Below, piece by piece: positions 44,558-55,017 of a DNA stretch of 64,000 bases (the first letter of the stretch is position 1; each line of letters begins with the position of its first letter). The stretch lies in assembly GCA_017881075.1 (NCBI GenBank), contig JADGRH010000003.1, forward strand, positions 128,682 through 192,681, given 5' to 3'. The stretch comes from Minisyncoccota bacterium. Its GTDB lineage: Bacteria; Patescibacteriota; Minisyncoccia; Phycocordibacterales; CAJBRS01. Below the pieces are notes generated by a model. It saw only the letters and a program-made list of their open reading frames with translations, ran no database searches and was not told the DNA's origin. The position numbers were made by a program, and so were the translations under genes.

Positions 44558-44932
44558 CTATTTAACTGCTTCTTTTAGATTCTTTATTCGTGATTGAATG
44601 CTGTTATCGATTATCATATCTCCGATCTTGATTTTTACTCCGCCGATCAGACTTCCGTCCACCTCCTTCTTGATAAATGTTTGCTTGTGACCAATCTTCT
44701 TTGGCATATTCAAATTATGATTTTTAGCTTCAGCCACTTCCACCTTCAAACTCTTTGATTCTTCATATAAAACTTTTTCAATGGCGTAAACTATCTCACT
44801 TTCATTTTTAAGATCCCCATTCTCATTCATCATTTCGACGAATTGCTTGACGGCCTTCTTTCGGCGGCTCTTTGGAGTTTTTTCGAGAAAAGAGGAGAAT
44901 ATTCTAGCGTATTGAGCAGGGGAGTATTTCAT
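44558..44932 (-). CDS. atpH: ATP synthase delta subunit (short)
   Basis: [19 protein letters not shown]; operon position. Confidence 0.88.
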   Translation of the reverse strand: MKYSPAQYARIFSSFLEKTPKSRRKKAVKQFVEMMNENGDLKNESEIVYAIEKVLYEESKSLKVEVAEAKNHNLNMPKKIGHKQTFIKKEVDGSLIGGVKIKIGDMIIDNSIQSRIKNLKEAVK

Positions 44933-44933
44933 A

Positions 44934-45452
44934 TTATATAAATGTTTCGGCGTTCTGGTGGATAATAGCTAGAGCTTCTGCTTTCAGTTTTTCTTCGGCT
45001 TCTTTGTTCATAAAATCTCCAACGGTTTTTTCTACTGCCGCCGCCACCACCGAACCAATTTCACTTTTGATTTCCGATTTAATCTTTGAACGTTCTCGTT
45101 CCAATGAGATTTTACCCTCGGCGATGATTGTATTCGCTTTTTGCTCTGCTATTTTAAACGTTTCTTCAACTTGTTTTTTAGACATCACTTCGGCCTTGGA
45201 AACAATTTCTTTAGCCTGATTTCTAGCTTCGGATAGAACCTTTTGTTTTTCCGTTTCTATGTCTTGCAGACGTAAGTCAGCCTCTGCAGTTTTTGTGGCT
45301 GTGTCGGCGATGTCTTGTCGGCGTTTTTCCAAAACGCCAATGATGGGGGTGTAGACAAAGCGTTTCAAGATGTAAACCAGAATGCCAAAATTAATGGCCT
45401 GAGCTAGCAGTAGCTTCCAATCTATTCCTAGTTTAGTGATCAGCTCCGACAT
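44934..45452 (-). CDS. atpF: ATP synthase b subunit
   Basis: LGIDWKLLLAQAINF..LKRFVYTPI..LEKRR; ATG at 45452 after an AAGG RBS. Confidence 0.93.
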   Translation of the reverse strand: MSELITKLGIDWKLLLAQAINFGILVYILKRFVYTPIIGVLEKRRQDIADTATKTAEADLRLQDIETEKQKVLSEARNQAKEIVSKAEVMSKKQVEETFKIAEQKANTIIAEGKISLERERSKIKSEIKSEIGSVVAAAVEKTVGDFMNKEAEEKLKAEALAIIHQNAETFI

Positions 45453-45459
45453 CCTTTTC

Positions 45460-45726
<267 letters not shown>

Positions 45727-45773
45727 TCATTTTCATTCTACACTATTGATTTAAAATGACAAAATATCCCGAT

Positions 45774-46529
45774 TCAATGATGAGCGGCTTCAGTGGCTTG
45801 GGAGAGGAACATTGTTGCTAGGACAGCAAAGATGAGGGCTTGGATGAAGCCGACGAATACTTCTAATCCTAAGAATGGTAGAGGGACAATGTAGGGAACC
45901 AGAAAGGTAATGATGGCAAGTAAAATTTCGCCAGCCAAGACATTTCCAAAAAGACGGAAGGAAAGAGAGATTATTTTTCCAAATTCGCTGATTATTTCCA
46001 AAATGCCGACGAAAAAATCAATTGGTCCGGTTAGTTTGATGAATTTTGAAATATGACCTTTGATACCGACGGTGACGAGGCCGACAATGTGACTCATAGT
46101 GACTACTATCAGAGCCAAAGCCAAAGTCATATTCAGATCTGCGAAGGCCGAGCGGAAAAAAGGCACAAAAACTTGCTTAGTTCCTTCTAAATGATAAAAA
46201 CCGATGCTACCGACGCCCGGGAGCATACCGAGCCAATTGGATAGCAAGACATATAGAAATATAGTGGCAGCAATGGGGAAAAATTTAACTGCATTCTCAC
46301 GGCCCCCGGCTATGGTTTCCATGAAGTTAATCAATTGATCAATAGTGAATTCCAATAGATTTTGCAGTTTGCCCGGCACTTTTTTATCATCCCGTTTTAT
46401 GTTTTTTGATAATACAAGGGCGGTGATAATTAAGATAACCATAACAATCCAAGCAGAAAAGAGGCTGTTGGTGACCGTAAAACCAAAAATATGGAAAAGC
46501 GGTTCGGCGGTGATTGAAAGATGAAGCAT
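45774..46529 (-). CDS. atpB: ATP synthase a subunit
   Basis: [27 protein letters not shown]. Confidence 0.96.
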   Translation of the reverse strand: MLHLSITAEPLFHIFGFTVTNSLFSAWIVMVILIITALVLSKNIKRDDKKVPGKLQNLLEFTIDQLINFMETIAGGRENAVKFFPIAATIFLYVLLSNWLGMLPGVGSIGFYHLEGTKQVFVPFFRSAFADLNMTLALALIVVTMSHIVGLVTVGIKGHISKFIKLTGPIDFFVGILEIISEFGKIISLSFRLFGNVLAGEILLAIITFLVPYIVPLPFLGLEVFVGFIQALIFAVLATMFLSQATEAAHH

Positions 46530-46533
46530 GGTA

Positions 46534-46770
46534 TTAAATCAGTTTTGAAATCTTTTTATAAACTAAAAAGCTGGAAATAGCAACGGCAAAGAGCGCACCT
46601 ATCAATATAAATAATGGAGAACTGTTTAGATTTTTATCCAATACGCGTCCCGAATAGGTAAATAGGGCGATAGGGATGGCAATAGTAAAGCCCAGATTAA
46701 ATACCAAAGAGATTAACTCTGCTCTCGCCATCACATTCTTTTTCTCCTCTTGTGGTTTCTCTTTTTCCAC
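46534..46770 (-). CDS. AtpZ/AtpI-family protein
   Basis: LGFTIAIP..GRVLDK..SSPLF; first gene of the atp operon; GTG start preferred. Confidence 0.8.
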   Translation of the reverse strand: MEKEKPQEEKKNVMARAELISLVFNLGFTIAIPIALFTYSGRVLDKNLNSSPLFILIGALFAVAISSFLVYKKISKLI

Positions 46771-46795
46771 GGGAAATAGTATAACATAGTGATTC

Positions 46796-48883
46796 ATGGC
46801 GAATTTTAAAATATTTACAAAATTCAAACCGGCGGGAGACCAGCCCAAAGCAATTGAAGATTTAGTAGGCGGAATAAAAAAAGGCTTCCGACATCAAACC
46901 TTGCTCGGAGTGACTGGTTCGGGAAAAACTTTCACTGCGGCCAATGTTATTGCTGCTATTGGGAAGCCGACCCTGGTAATTGCTCACAACAAGACTTTGG
47001 CCGCTCAATTAGCCCAAGAATACCGTGAATTCTTTCCTGATAATGCCGTCCACTACTTTGTTTCCTACTACGATTTCTATCAGCCGGAAGCCTATTTGCC
47101 GGTGACAGATACCTATATTGAAAAAGAGGCTCAAATTAACGAGGAAATTGAGCGCCTGCGTCATGCCTCCACGCAGGCGCTCCTAACCCGCCGCGACTGC
47201 ATCATCGTCGCGTCTGTCTCTTGTATTTACGGCTTGGGCTCGCCAGTAGAATATGAAAAAGTAAATCTCCGCATTCAGAAGGAAATGGTAGCTGATCGCG
47301 CCGATCTCATTCGTAAATTTATTCATATTTATTTTGACCGCACTAACGCCGACCTCACCCCGGGTCAATTCCGAGCGCTCGGTAACGCCGTTGAAATCAT
47401 GCCGGTAAACGAACGGATCATTTATAAAATGGATTTAGTAGAAGGAAAGATAGAAAAGATTTTGAAAATTGATGCCATTACTCGCCGAATCATTGAAGAA
47501 GTTGAAGTATTTTTTCTTTTTCCAGCCAAACACTTTGTCACTCCGGAGGATGAGCGAGTACGAGCTATTGAAGATATTAAAAACGAATTAGAAGAACGGC
47601 TGGCTCAATTTAAAAAGGAAGGGAAATTACTTGAAGCGGAACGCATCAAGCGGCGAACCAATTATGACTTAGCTCTTATTCGCGAAATTGGCTACTGCAA
47701 TGGAATTGAGAATTATTCTCGTCATTTCTCTGGCAAAAAGGAAGGGGAGCCACCAGATACTCTACTCTCATATTTTCCACATAATAAAGACGGAAGCGCC
47801 GATTTTCTGACCATTATTGATGAATCGCATGTGACCGTTCCCCAGATTGGTGGAATGTATGCCGGAGACGCTTCGCGAAAACAAAATTTGGTTGAACACG
47901 GCTTCCGGTTGCCTAGTGCTCGCGACAATCGACCTTTAAGATTTGACGAATTTCAAGAACGAATTGGTCAGACCATCTATACTTCGGCTACGCCGGGTAA
48001 ATTTGAGATGGAACACAGCGACCCTTCGAGGAACTCAGGGCAAGGCTTAGTAGCGGAGCAGTTAATTCGACCAACGGGACTGGTTGATCCAATGATTGAG
48101 GTCAAACCAGTGATAGAAAAACCCTTCGACAAAGCTCAGGGCAGGGGCTACAAAGGTCAGATACAGGATTTTATTGAACAGGCCGAAATTGAAGTGAAAA
48201 AAGGCAATCGAGTTATTGCTACCACTTTGACTAAAAAGATGGCAGAAGATCTAAGTGAGTATTTAAAAGAAAAGAAAATCAAAGCCGAATATCTTCACAG
48301 CGAGATTCAAACTTTGGATCGCATTCAAATATTGACCGAATTTAGAAAAGGGAAGTTTGACATTATTGTCGGGGTCAATCTTCTGCGAGAAGGACTGGAT
48401 CTACCGGAAGTGACACTGATCGGCATCTTGGATGCAGACAGGGAAGGATTTCTCCGTTCCGAAACATCATTAATTCAAACAATTGGCCGCGCCGCTCGAA
48501 ATATTGATGGCCGGGTGATTCTTTACGCAGACCATGTGACTGGATCAATGGAAAAGGCTATGAGCGAGACGAAACGCAGACGCGATCTTCAGATTGCTTA
48601 CAACACTAAGCATGGCATCACTCCGAAGACCATAATTAAGGCCATCCAAGACATCACCGATCAGATCGAAAGCGAGCACGCCAAGACATTAAAAACCCTC
48701 CTTCAATTTGACGAAGCTCGATTCCAAAAAAACCCCAAGAAATTAATTGAAGAGAAACAAAAACAGATGAATAATGCGGTAAAGGTACTAGATTTCGAAA
48801 CAGCCGCTATTTTGAGAGATGAGATTAAAGAGTTGTTGTTGAAGATGGAGGGAAAGTCTTCAGTTAAAGCTAAAAAGAAGTAG
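46796..48883 (+). CDS. uvrB: excinuclease ABC subunit B
   Basis: GDQPKAI, GVTGSGKT, FVSYYDFYQPEAY, DESH, LREGLDLPEV. Confidence 0.98.
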   Translation: MANFKIFTKFKPAGDQPKAIEDLVGGIKKGFRHQTLLGVTGSGKTFTAANVIAAIGKPTLVIAHNKTLAAQLAQEYREFFPDNAVHYFVSYYDFYQPEAYLPVTDTYIEKEAQINEEIERLRHASTQALLTRRDCIIVASVSCIYGLGSPVEYEKVNLRIQKEMVADRADLIRKFIHIYFDRTNADLTPGQFRALGNAVEIMPVNERIIYKMDLVEGKIEKILKIDAITRRIIEEVEVFFLFPAKHFVTPEDERVRAIEDIKNELEERLAQFKKEGKLLEAERIKRRTNYDLALIREIGYCNGIENYSRHFSGKKEGEPPDTLLSYFPHNKDGSADFLTIIDESHVTVPQIGGMYAGDASRKQNLVEHGFRLPSARDNRPLRFDEFQERIGQTIYTSATPGKFEMEHSDPSRNSGQGLVAEQLIRPTGLVDPMIEVKPVIEKPFDKAQGRGYKGQIQDFIEQAEIEVKKGNRVIATTLTKKMAEDLSEYLKEKKIKAEYLHSEIQTLDRIQILTEFRKGKFDIIVGVNLLREGLDLPEVTLIGILDADREGFLRSETSLIQTIGRAARNIDGRVILYADHVTGSMEKAMSETKRRRDLQIAYNTKHGITPKTIIKAIQDITDQIESEHAKTLKTLLQFDEARFQKNPKKLIEEKQKQMNNAVKVLDFETAAILRDEIKELLLKMEGKSSVKAKKK
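48021..48142 (+). repeat. two CCCTTCGA-N4/5-CTCAGGGC units in frame in uvrB
   Basis: 48021-48041 (DPSRNSGQG) and 48121-48142 (PFDKAQGR). Confidence 0.75.
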
Positions 48884-48889
48884 ATATAT

Positions 48890-49445
48890 AAAAGAAAACA
48901 GGCGGCACCAACTTGATAGTGCTCGCCCGATATTCAGATTAACGTAACGAAAAATCCTGGCAGGCCCAGGGGTGTGGCCCTGTTGAAGGTTTGACCCTTC
49001 GTCAGAACTCACGACCACCTGGTCCGAGGGTATTGCTACCCACTGGGTACCGGTTGACCCTTCTCATTTGCCGAATTTTTACATTCGGATATGCCTAGCT
49101 GCTAGAGGAACCCGTATTTATCGTGTTTCGCCCCTCTGAGCTTTGAGCCTGAATAAATTCAGACATCGGTGTGAGACTCACCAGCATCTCCTTCGCATCT
49201 TTGGTCACTTACGCAACCTAGATCTACAGGATTTGTGTATTGAGGTAACCGCACCTTATGGTACGGTTGAAGCCAGTGTCCTTTCGGACTGCTCCCCTTA
49301 CCACAGGTGGTGGTGCCGTATTGCCGAAGCTTTACAGCGTCACTCCCAAGTTTTCGTCTTGTCTAAGGACTATTAATGCGTTGCTTTTAAGGGCAACTTC
49401 ACTAAACGATTTGTCTTTTTTAAGGACTCCTCGCTGACTGGTGAG
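48890..49445 (-). ncRNA. candidate large structured non-coding RNA (~550 nt)
   Basis: TTGACT-N16-TAAAGT promoter (49475-49448), more than 10 hairpins including GNRA/UUCG loops, terminator plus T-run near 48890-48928, no credible ORF. Confidence 0.65.
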
Positions 49446-49655
49446 AAACTTTATCAAATCCAAAATTAGAGTCAAGGGGGATAACTCAACAGAAATTATT
49501 TTTTATTTTTTGTCAAATTTTTAGCTTTTCTTTACAATTTCTTCATCTCTAATACAATTACCTCATTCATATAAGTTATATAACGCCATCGGCGGGTTAT
49601 TTCTGTTTATGAATAAAAGAAAAAATACCAATGGTGCCCATTGGTAAAAGAAATA

Positions 49656-52271
49656 ATGTCTAAATCAAACGAAAAACATAATCATCCTTCCGATCATATC
49701 GTGGTAAAAGGGGCCAGAACTCATAATCTGAAGAATATTACCGTTGAGATGCCACGCAACAAGATGATCGCCATTACCGGTATTTCTGGCTCCGGTAAAT
49801 CATCTCTTGCTTTTGATACTATCTTCGCTGAAGGTCAGCGCCGTTATGTTGAGTCGCTTTCTTCCTATGCTCGCCAATTTCTTCGTCAGATGCAAAAGCC
49901 GGATGTAGATGAGATTATTGGTCTTTCTCCCGCCATTTCGATTGATCAGAAATCGCGGTCTAATAATCCGCGTTCAACAGTAGCGACCATTACCGAAATC
50001 TATGACTATTTGCGTATTCTATATGCTCGAATTGGTCGGCCGCACTGTTTAGTCTGTGGCCGAGAGATTAAGAAGCTCTCAAAAGAAGAAATTCTTGAAA
50101 CTATCTTTAGTACTGTCAGCGACCTCGATACTTCCAAGGCGGATAAGAAAATAATGGGTGTGAAATATAATGATTTAAAATTCAGTATCTTCTCGCCGCT
50201 GGTTGTCGGCAGGAAAGGAGAGTATTACCAGATGCTTTATGATTTGCTCGGTAAAGGTTACGAAAAAGTCAAGGTAGATGGCCAGATGAAAAGTTTGCGC
50301 GACCAGATTATTCTTTCCAAAAATAAAAAGCACGACATCGATGTTTTGGTGGATGAATTTTTCATTTCCGAAATGAATTCTAAAGATAAAAAGTTGCAAG
50401 AGAGTTTTCAGGAAAGATTGAATGAGGCGATTGAAAAGGCTCTGGAGGAATCGGAAGGGCTACTTCGTATTACAGCCTTCAATAAAGATCATCTCATCTC
50501 CTCAAAATTTATGTGTCCTCATGATGGTTTTTCTTTTCCGGAGATTGAGCCGCGTCTTTTCTCTTTTAATTCTCCATATGGGGCTTGCCCGGAATGTAAT
50601 GGGTTGGGAACGAGATATTTCTTCAGTAATGAACAATGTGACAAATGTCACGGAGCGCGGCTTCGCGATGAGGCCTTGCATGTATACCTTGGTGAGAAAA
50701 AAATAAATATCGTAGACCTCACCAGAATGTCTATAAAGGATTCGCTGAACTTTTTCACCCATCTAAAAATGTCAGCAAAAGAAAAAGAAATTTCTAAAGT
50801 GGTGGTGAAGGAAATTCAAGCCCGTCTCAATTTTATGAATGATGTCGGTATTGATTATCTGACGTTGGATAGAAAAGCCAATACTCTGTCGGGAGGTGAG
50901 GCACAACGCATCCGCCTCGCCTCACAACTGGGCTCTGGTCTCGTTGGAGCACTATATGTATTGGACGAGCCCACCATTGGCCTTCATCAGCGGGACAATG
51001 ACCGCCTAATCAAAACTCTTCTCAATTTACGAGATAGTGGCAATACCATCATCGTGGTAGAGCACGATGAAGACACTATTTATTCTGCCGACTATATCGT
51101 AGACATTGGTCCTGGCGCTGGCATTCACGGAGGGCACGTTGTTGCCTCCGGATATTTAGATGAGTTGCTAACAGCCAAGACTAATAAAACCGGCTCATTA
51201 ACTCTGGATTATTTACGAGGCGACATTAAAATTGAAATTCCGGAAAATAGAAGAACTGCGGAAAAAGGAAAGCTCTCAATTCGTGGAGGCAAAATATTTA
51301 ATATCAAGAATCTTAATATTGATATTCCACTAGGCAAACTCATTATGATTACCGGTGTTTCCGGCTCGGGAAAATCGTCCTTGATGTATGAAATTATTTA
51401 TGAAAATCTCCGCGCTCGTCTTGAGAGGAAATATCGCTCAGCCAAGACGTTCAATGCGGCAAGTTTTACAGGTACAGAATATGTGGGCCGCGCCATTTTA
51501 ATTGACCAATCGCCGATAGGTCGGACTCCTCGCTCTAATCCTGCCACATATACCGGTTCCTTTACTCATATTAGAGAAATGTTTGCCACCACTGCGGAGG
51601 CGCGAGCTCGGGGCTGGAAGGCCAACCGCTTTTCATTCAATGTGAAGGGAGGCCGTTGCGAAACCTGCCAAGGCAACGGCCTTATCGAAGTAGAAATGCA
51701 CTTCTTGCCAACCGTTTATGTCACTTGCGATGTCTGCAATGGCAAGCGGTTCATGAAGGAAACATTGGAAGTGAAATATAAAAAGAAAAGTATTTATGAT
51801 GTTTTGGAAATGACTGTGGAGGAAGCTCTAACTTTTTTTGAGGATATTCCGTCAATTTATGATCGTTTGCATACATTGAATGAAGTGGGGTTGGGATATT
51901 TGAAACTTGGTCAATCGGCCACTACTCTTTCAGGAGGTGAAGCACAACGGGTAAAAATTTCAGCCGAGCTCTATCGTCCGCATTTACAGAAAACTGTTTA
52001 TCTTTTGGATGAGCCAACAATTGGCCTTCATTACGAAGATGTGAAAAAGTTGATCCAGATATTACAGAAACTGGTGGAACGAGGCAACACCGTTATGGTC
52101 ATTGAGCATAATATGGATATGATCAAAAGCGCGGATTACGTAATTGATATTGGCCCGGAAGGAGGTGATAGAGGTGGAAACTTGGTAGCAAAAGGCACGC
52201 CTGAAGAAGTAGCGAATAATGATAAGAGTTACACGGGGGAGTATTTGAGGAAGGTGTTGAAGAAAAAGTAA
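49656..52271 (+). CDS. uvrA: excinuclease ABC subunit A (insertion domain absent)
   Basis: [27 protein letters not shown], second ABC module GVSGSGKSS. Confidence 0.97.
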   Translation: MSKSNEKHNHPSDHIVVKGARTHNLKNITVEMPRNKMIAITGISGSGKSSLAFDTIFAEGQRRYVESLSSYARQFLRQMQKPDVDEIIGLSPAISIDQKSRSNNPRSTVATITEIYDYLRILYARIGRPHCLVCGREIKKLSKEEILETIFSTVSDLDTSKADKKIMGVKYNDLKFSIFSPLVVGRKGEYYQMLYDLLGKGYEKVKVDGQMKSLRDQIILSKNKKHDIDVLVDEFFISEMNSKDKKLQESFQERLNEAIEKALEESEGLLRITAFNKDHLISSKFMCPHDGFSFPEIEPRLFSFNSPYGACPECNGLGTRYFFSNEQCDKCHGARLRDEALHVYLGEKKINIVDLTRMSIKDSLNFFTHLKMSAKEKEISKVVVKEIQARLNFMNDVGIDYLTLDRKANTLSGGEAQRIRLASQLGSGLVGALYVLDEPTIGLHQRDNDRLIKTLLNLRDSGNTIIVVEHDEDTIYSADYIVDIGPGAGIHGGHVVASGYLDELLTAKTNKTGSLTLDYLRGDIKIEIPENRRTAEKGKLSIRGGKIFNIKNLNIDIPLGKLIMITGVSGSGKSSLMYEIIYENLRARLERKYRSAKTFNAASFTGTEYVGRAILIDQSPIGRTPRSNPATYTGSFTHIREMFATTAEARARGWKANRFSFNVKGGRCETCQGNGLIEVEMHFLPTVYVTCDVCNGKRFMKETLEVKYKKKSIYDVLEMTVEEALTFFEDIPSIYDRLHTLNEVGLGYLKLGQSATTLSGGEAQRVKISAELYRPHLQKTVYLLDEPTIGLHYEDVKKLIQILQKLVERGNTVMVIEHNMDMIKSADYVIDIGPEGGDRGGNLVAKGTPEEVANNDKSYTGEYLRKVLKKK

Positions 52272-52278
52272 ATGGGTC

Positions 52279-53661
52279 GTGTCCGCTCGCATGTCAATAT
52301 CATTAGCACAACTAAAAAAACTACCCGATGAACCAGGGGTCTACTTCTTTAAGAATAGGAAGTCGATTCTTTATATTGGAAAGGCTACCTCGTTGAAAGA
52401 TCGGGTCAGAAGTTATTTGGGCAAAGATTTAATTCATACTCGCGGTCGATTGATCGTGGACATGATGGAAAAAGCTACCGAAATTGATTTCTGTAAAACT
52501 GACTCGGTTCTTGAGGCTTTGATATTGGAAGGAAATCTCATCAGCAAGCATCAACCTTATTACAATACCGACGCCAAGGACGATAAGAGTTTTAATTATG
52601 TTGTAATCACCAAAGAGGATTTCCCGCGAGTAATGCTCATTCGTGAGCGCGCCTTTCATAAAAATCCTCAAGCTGCTCTCGGTGACATAAAACCAAAATA
52701 TATTTTTGGACCATATCCGCATGGTACGCAATTAAAGGACGCTATGAAAATTGTTCGCCGTATTTTCCCGTATCGTGATCAGAGATGTATTCCAGCTTCC
52801 GAACAATTAGCGCGAGGAAAAGAGATCCCCAAGCCCTGTTTCAATCACCAAATTGGCCTATGTCCCGGAGTCTGTACCGGTGAGGTAAATAAAAAGGAAT
52901 ATGCTCGCACTGTAAACCATCTGCGGCTATTTTTTGAGGGAAAAAAAGGAAAACTAATCAAACAACTGGAAAAGGAAATGAAGATGTACGCCAAGAGTCA
53001 GGAATTTGAAAAAGCTAACGAAGTGAAACGAACGATTTACGCTCTCGGACATATTCAGGACGTATCTTTAATCAAATCCGATTCCAATCTGTCATCCTGG
53101 AGTTTCATCCAGGATCCAGGGTTATATAAACATACTCTGGATTCTGGTGTTCACCAGAATGACAGAGGTAGACCATTCAGAATGGAAGCGTACGATGTTG
53201 CACACATGGGCGGCAAAAATACCACGGGAGTAATGGTAGTAAGTGAAAATAGGGAAATCAAAAAAGCCGATTACCGAATGTTTAAGATTCGGGGAAACAA
53301 AGGAGTGAATGACATTGCCGCTCTTGTCGAAACCTTAGTAAGGAGATTCAATCATCCAGAATGGCGCTATCCGGACGTTATCGTTCTTGACGGCAGTACT
53401 GCTCAGCTTAATGTCGCCAGAGAGGTGTTGAACAAACTTGCAGAGGTCAGACCTCTGCAGGAAGATAGCAGAGGTCTGACCTCTGCAAGTCCGATCAAGC
53501 TGGTGGCGGTCGTCAAGGACGACCGCCACCGCCCAGAGAGGATAATTGGTGATGAAAAAATAGCCAAAGAATACAAGAAAGAGATTCTGCTTCTAAACAA
53601 CGAAGCCCATCGATTCACCATCAAATATCATAAAAAATTGCGCCGGAAATCTTTTCTTTGA
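52279..53661 (+). CDS. uvrC: UvrC (no C-terminal HhH), with two in-frame palindromic insertions
   Basis: LPDEPGVYFF, YIGKA, UVR motif EFEKA, EAYDVAH, PDVIVLDG, NEAHRF. Confidence 0.9.
   Translation: MSARMSISLAQLKKLPDEPGVYFFKNRKSILYIGKATSLKDRVRSYLGKDLIHTRGRLIVDMMEKATEIDFCKTDSVLEALILEGNLISKHQPYYNTDAKDDKSFNYVVITKEDFPRVMLIRERAFHKNPQAALGDIKPKYIFGPYPHGTQLKDAMKIVRRIFPYRDQRCIPASEQLARGKEIPKPCFNHQIGLCPGVCTGEVNKKEYARTVNHLRLFFEGKKGKLIKQLEKEMKMYAKSQEFEKANEVKRTIYALGHIQDVSLIKSDSNLSSWSFIQDPGLYKHTLDSGVHQNDRGRPFRMEAYDVAHMGGKNTTGVMVVSENREIKKADYRMFKIRGNKGVNDIAALVETLVRRFNHPEWRYPDVIVLDGSTAQLNVAREVLNKLAEVRPLQEDSRGLTSASPIKLVAVVKDDRHRPERIIGDEKIAKEYKKEILLLNNEAHRFTIKYHKKLRRKSFL
53088..53166. repeat. GTCATCC...GGATCCA / TGGATTC...GAATGAC doublet palindrome, in frame in uvrC
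   Basis: tctgtcatcctgg...ccagaatgacaga with two internal hairpins. Confidence 0.8.
53436..53490. repeat. GCAGAGGTCAGACCTCTGC doublet palindrome, in frame in uvrC
   Basis: 23-bp perfect inverted repeat; same core as in topA. Confidence 0.9.
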
Positions 53662-53699
53662 GAGGACTTGACAGGAATTATACTTTTGCTAATCTGTCT

Positions 53700-53993
53700 T
53701 CTAGACACTTTCCAGGCTGGCGATGTCTGCCGACTCACCAACGAAATTACCCGTGCAAGGTTGCTCTTCGCTCGCCGGGTCTCCGATGAGTGCTGATGAG
53801 GATCTGGGATCCTGAAGCCTAGCGGGGACATCTGCCAGTCCTGGTTTTCGATGTTCTGGGGGGAACTAGGGGGTGGCGCGCGAAGCTTTCTGCCAACGCG
53901 CTACCCCTGATCTCTCTAGTACGGAGTCGTTCTTTTTATCAGTCAATGTTTTGTCCGCCCGTCTCGCGTTTTCGCGAACGGGCTTTGTTTTTT
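53700..53993 (+). ncRNA. candidate structured ncRNA (~290 nt)
   Basis: TTGACA-N16-TAATCT promoter at 53668-53695, long closing stem 53712-53727/53827-53844, second hairpin, terminator at 53957-53993. Confidence 0.5.
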
Positions 53994-54009
53994 ATGTTAA
54001 AATAATTTC

Positions 54010-54984
54010 ATGTCTAAACTAAAAGTCGGCGTTCTTCGCGGTGGGCCATCTTCCGAATACAATGTTTCGTTAAAAACCGGGCAGTCGGTGATGGAGAATT
54101 TATCGGAAAAATATCAGCCCATTGACATCTTTATTGACAAAGAGGGAACTTGGCATATTGAGGGCCTTCCTCATGAGCCATATCAAGCTTTTAAAAAAGT
54201 AGATTTAATATTTAATGCTATGCACGGTGAATATGGTGAGGACGGCAAAGTCCAACAGATTTTAGATACTCACAACATTCCTTATACCGGCTCAAGATCT
54301 CTCGGTTCGGCCATGGCCATGAATAAATTAACGTCTAAGAATATTTTTAGTCAGTACGGTCTTAAAACCCCATCTCATAAAATTTTAAAAATTAAACCTG
54401 AAGATGACATTCAAGATCATGCCCTAGAACTTTTTAGAAATTTTCCGGTGCCTTTCATTATTAAGCCGATTAGCACGGGCTCATCCGTTGGCGTCTATCT
54501 AGCCAAAGATTTTCCGGCTATTGTGGAAGGATTAAATAAAGCCGCCGCAAATTTCTCGGATCTTCTGATTGAAGAATATATTGCCGGCAGGGAAGCGACG
54601 GTCGGAGTCATTGATAATTTCAGAAATCAGCCATTGTATTCATTGCCGGCAATAGAAATTCGCCCACCGAAAAAAAATGTCTTCTTTGATCTGGATGCAA
54701 AATATAGCGGTAAGTCACAAGAGATATGTCCTGGGAATTTCAGTCACGCAGAGAAGGAACAATTACAGGAGCTGGCCAAACAGGCCCATCAAGCATTGGG
54801 GCTGAGACATTATTCCCGTTCCGATTTTATAGTCACTCCGCGCCGGGGAATCTTTATTTTAGAAACGAACACTTTGCCTGGTCTCACTTCCGAATCTCTT
54901 TTTCCTAAAGCCTTAAATGCCGTCGGTTCAAATCTGCCAGATTTTCTAGACCACGTCCTCCAGCTTGCGATGGACGGAAAATAA
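54010..54984 (+). CDS. ddl: D-alanine--D-alanine ligase
   Basis: GGPSSEYNVSL, HGEYGEDG, GSSVGV, ETNTLPGLT. Confidence 0.96.
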   Translation: MSKLKVGVLRGGPSSEYNVSLKTGQSVMENLSEKYQPIDIFIDKEGTWHIEGLPHEPYQAFKKVDLIFNAMHGEYGEDGKVQQILDTHNIPYTGSRSLGSAMAMNKLTSKNIFSQYGLKTPSHKILKIKPEDDIQDHALELFRNFPVPFIIKPISTGSSVGVYLAKDFPAIVEGLNKAAANFSDLLIEEYIAGREATVGVIDNFRNQPLYSLPAIEIRPPKKNVFFDLDAKYSGKSQEICPGNFSHAEKEQLQELAKQAHQALGLRHYSRSDFIVTPRRGIFILETNTLPGLTSESLFPKALNAVGSNLPDFLDHVLQLAMDGK

Positions 54985-55017
54985 TAAAATAAAAACCGTC
55001 TTGTTTAAGGACGGCGT

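Noticed and set aside
49143-49376. 77-aa plus-strand ORF inside the uvrB-uvrA gap
   Set aside because: TTG start, no recognisable motif or RBS, and it lies antisense to a well-signalled structured unit.
48890-49445. RNase P RNA, tmRNA or self-splicing intron as the identity of the large structured region
   Set aside because: GAGGAGUCC only loosely resembles GAGGAAAGUCC and the 3' P4 strand (ACAGAA.CCGGCUUA) is absent. There are no tRNA-like ends, no group II domain V or group I core recognised, and no interrupted gene.
53793-53817. Hammerhead ribozyme core (CUGAUGA-stem-GAA)
   Set aside because: There is an extra U before GAA, GAAG instead of GAAA, and no compatible stems I/III with an NUH site.
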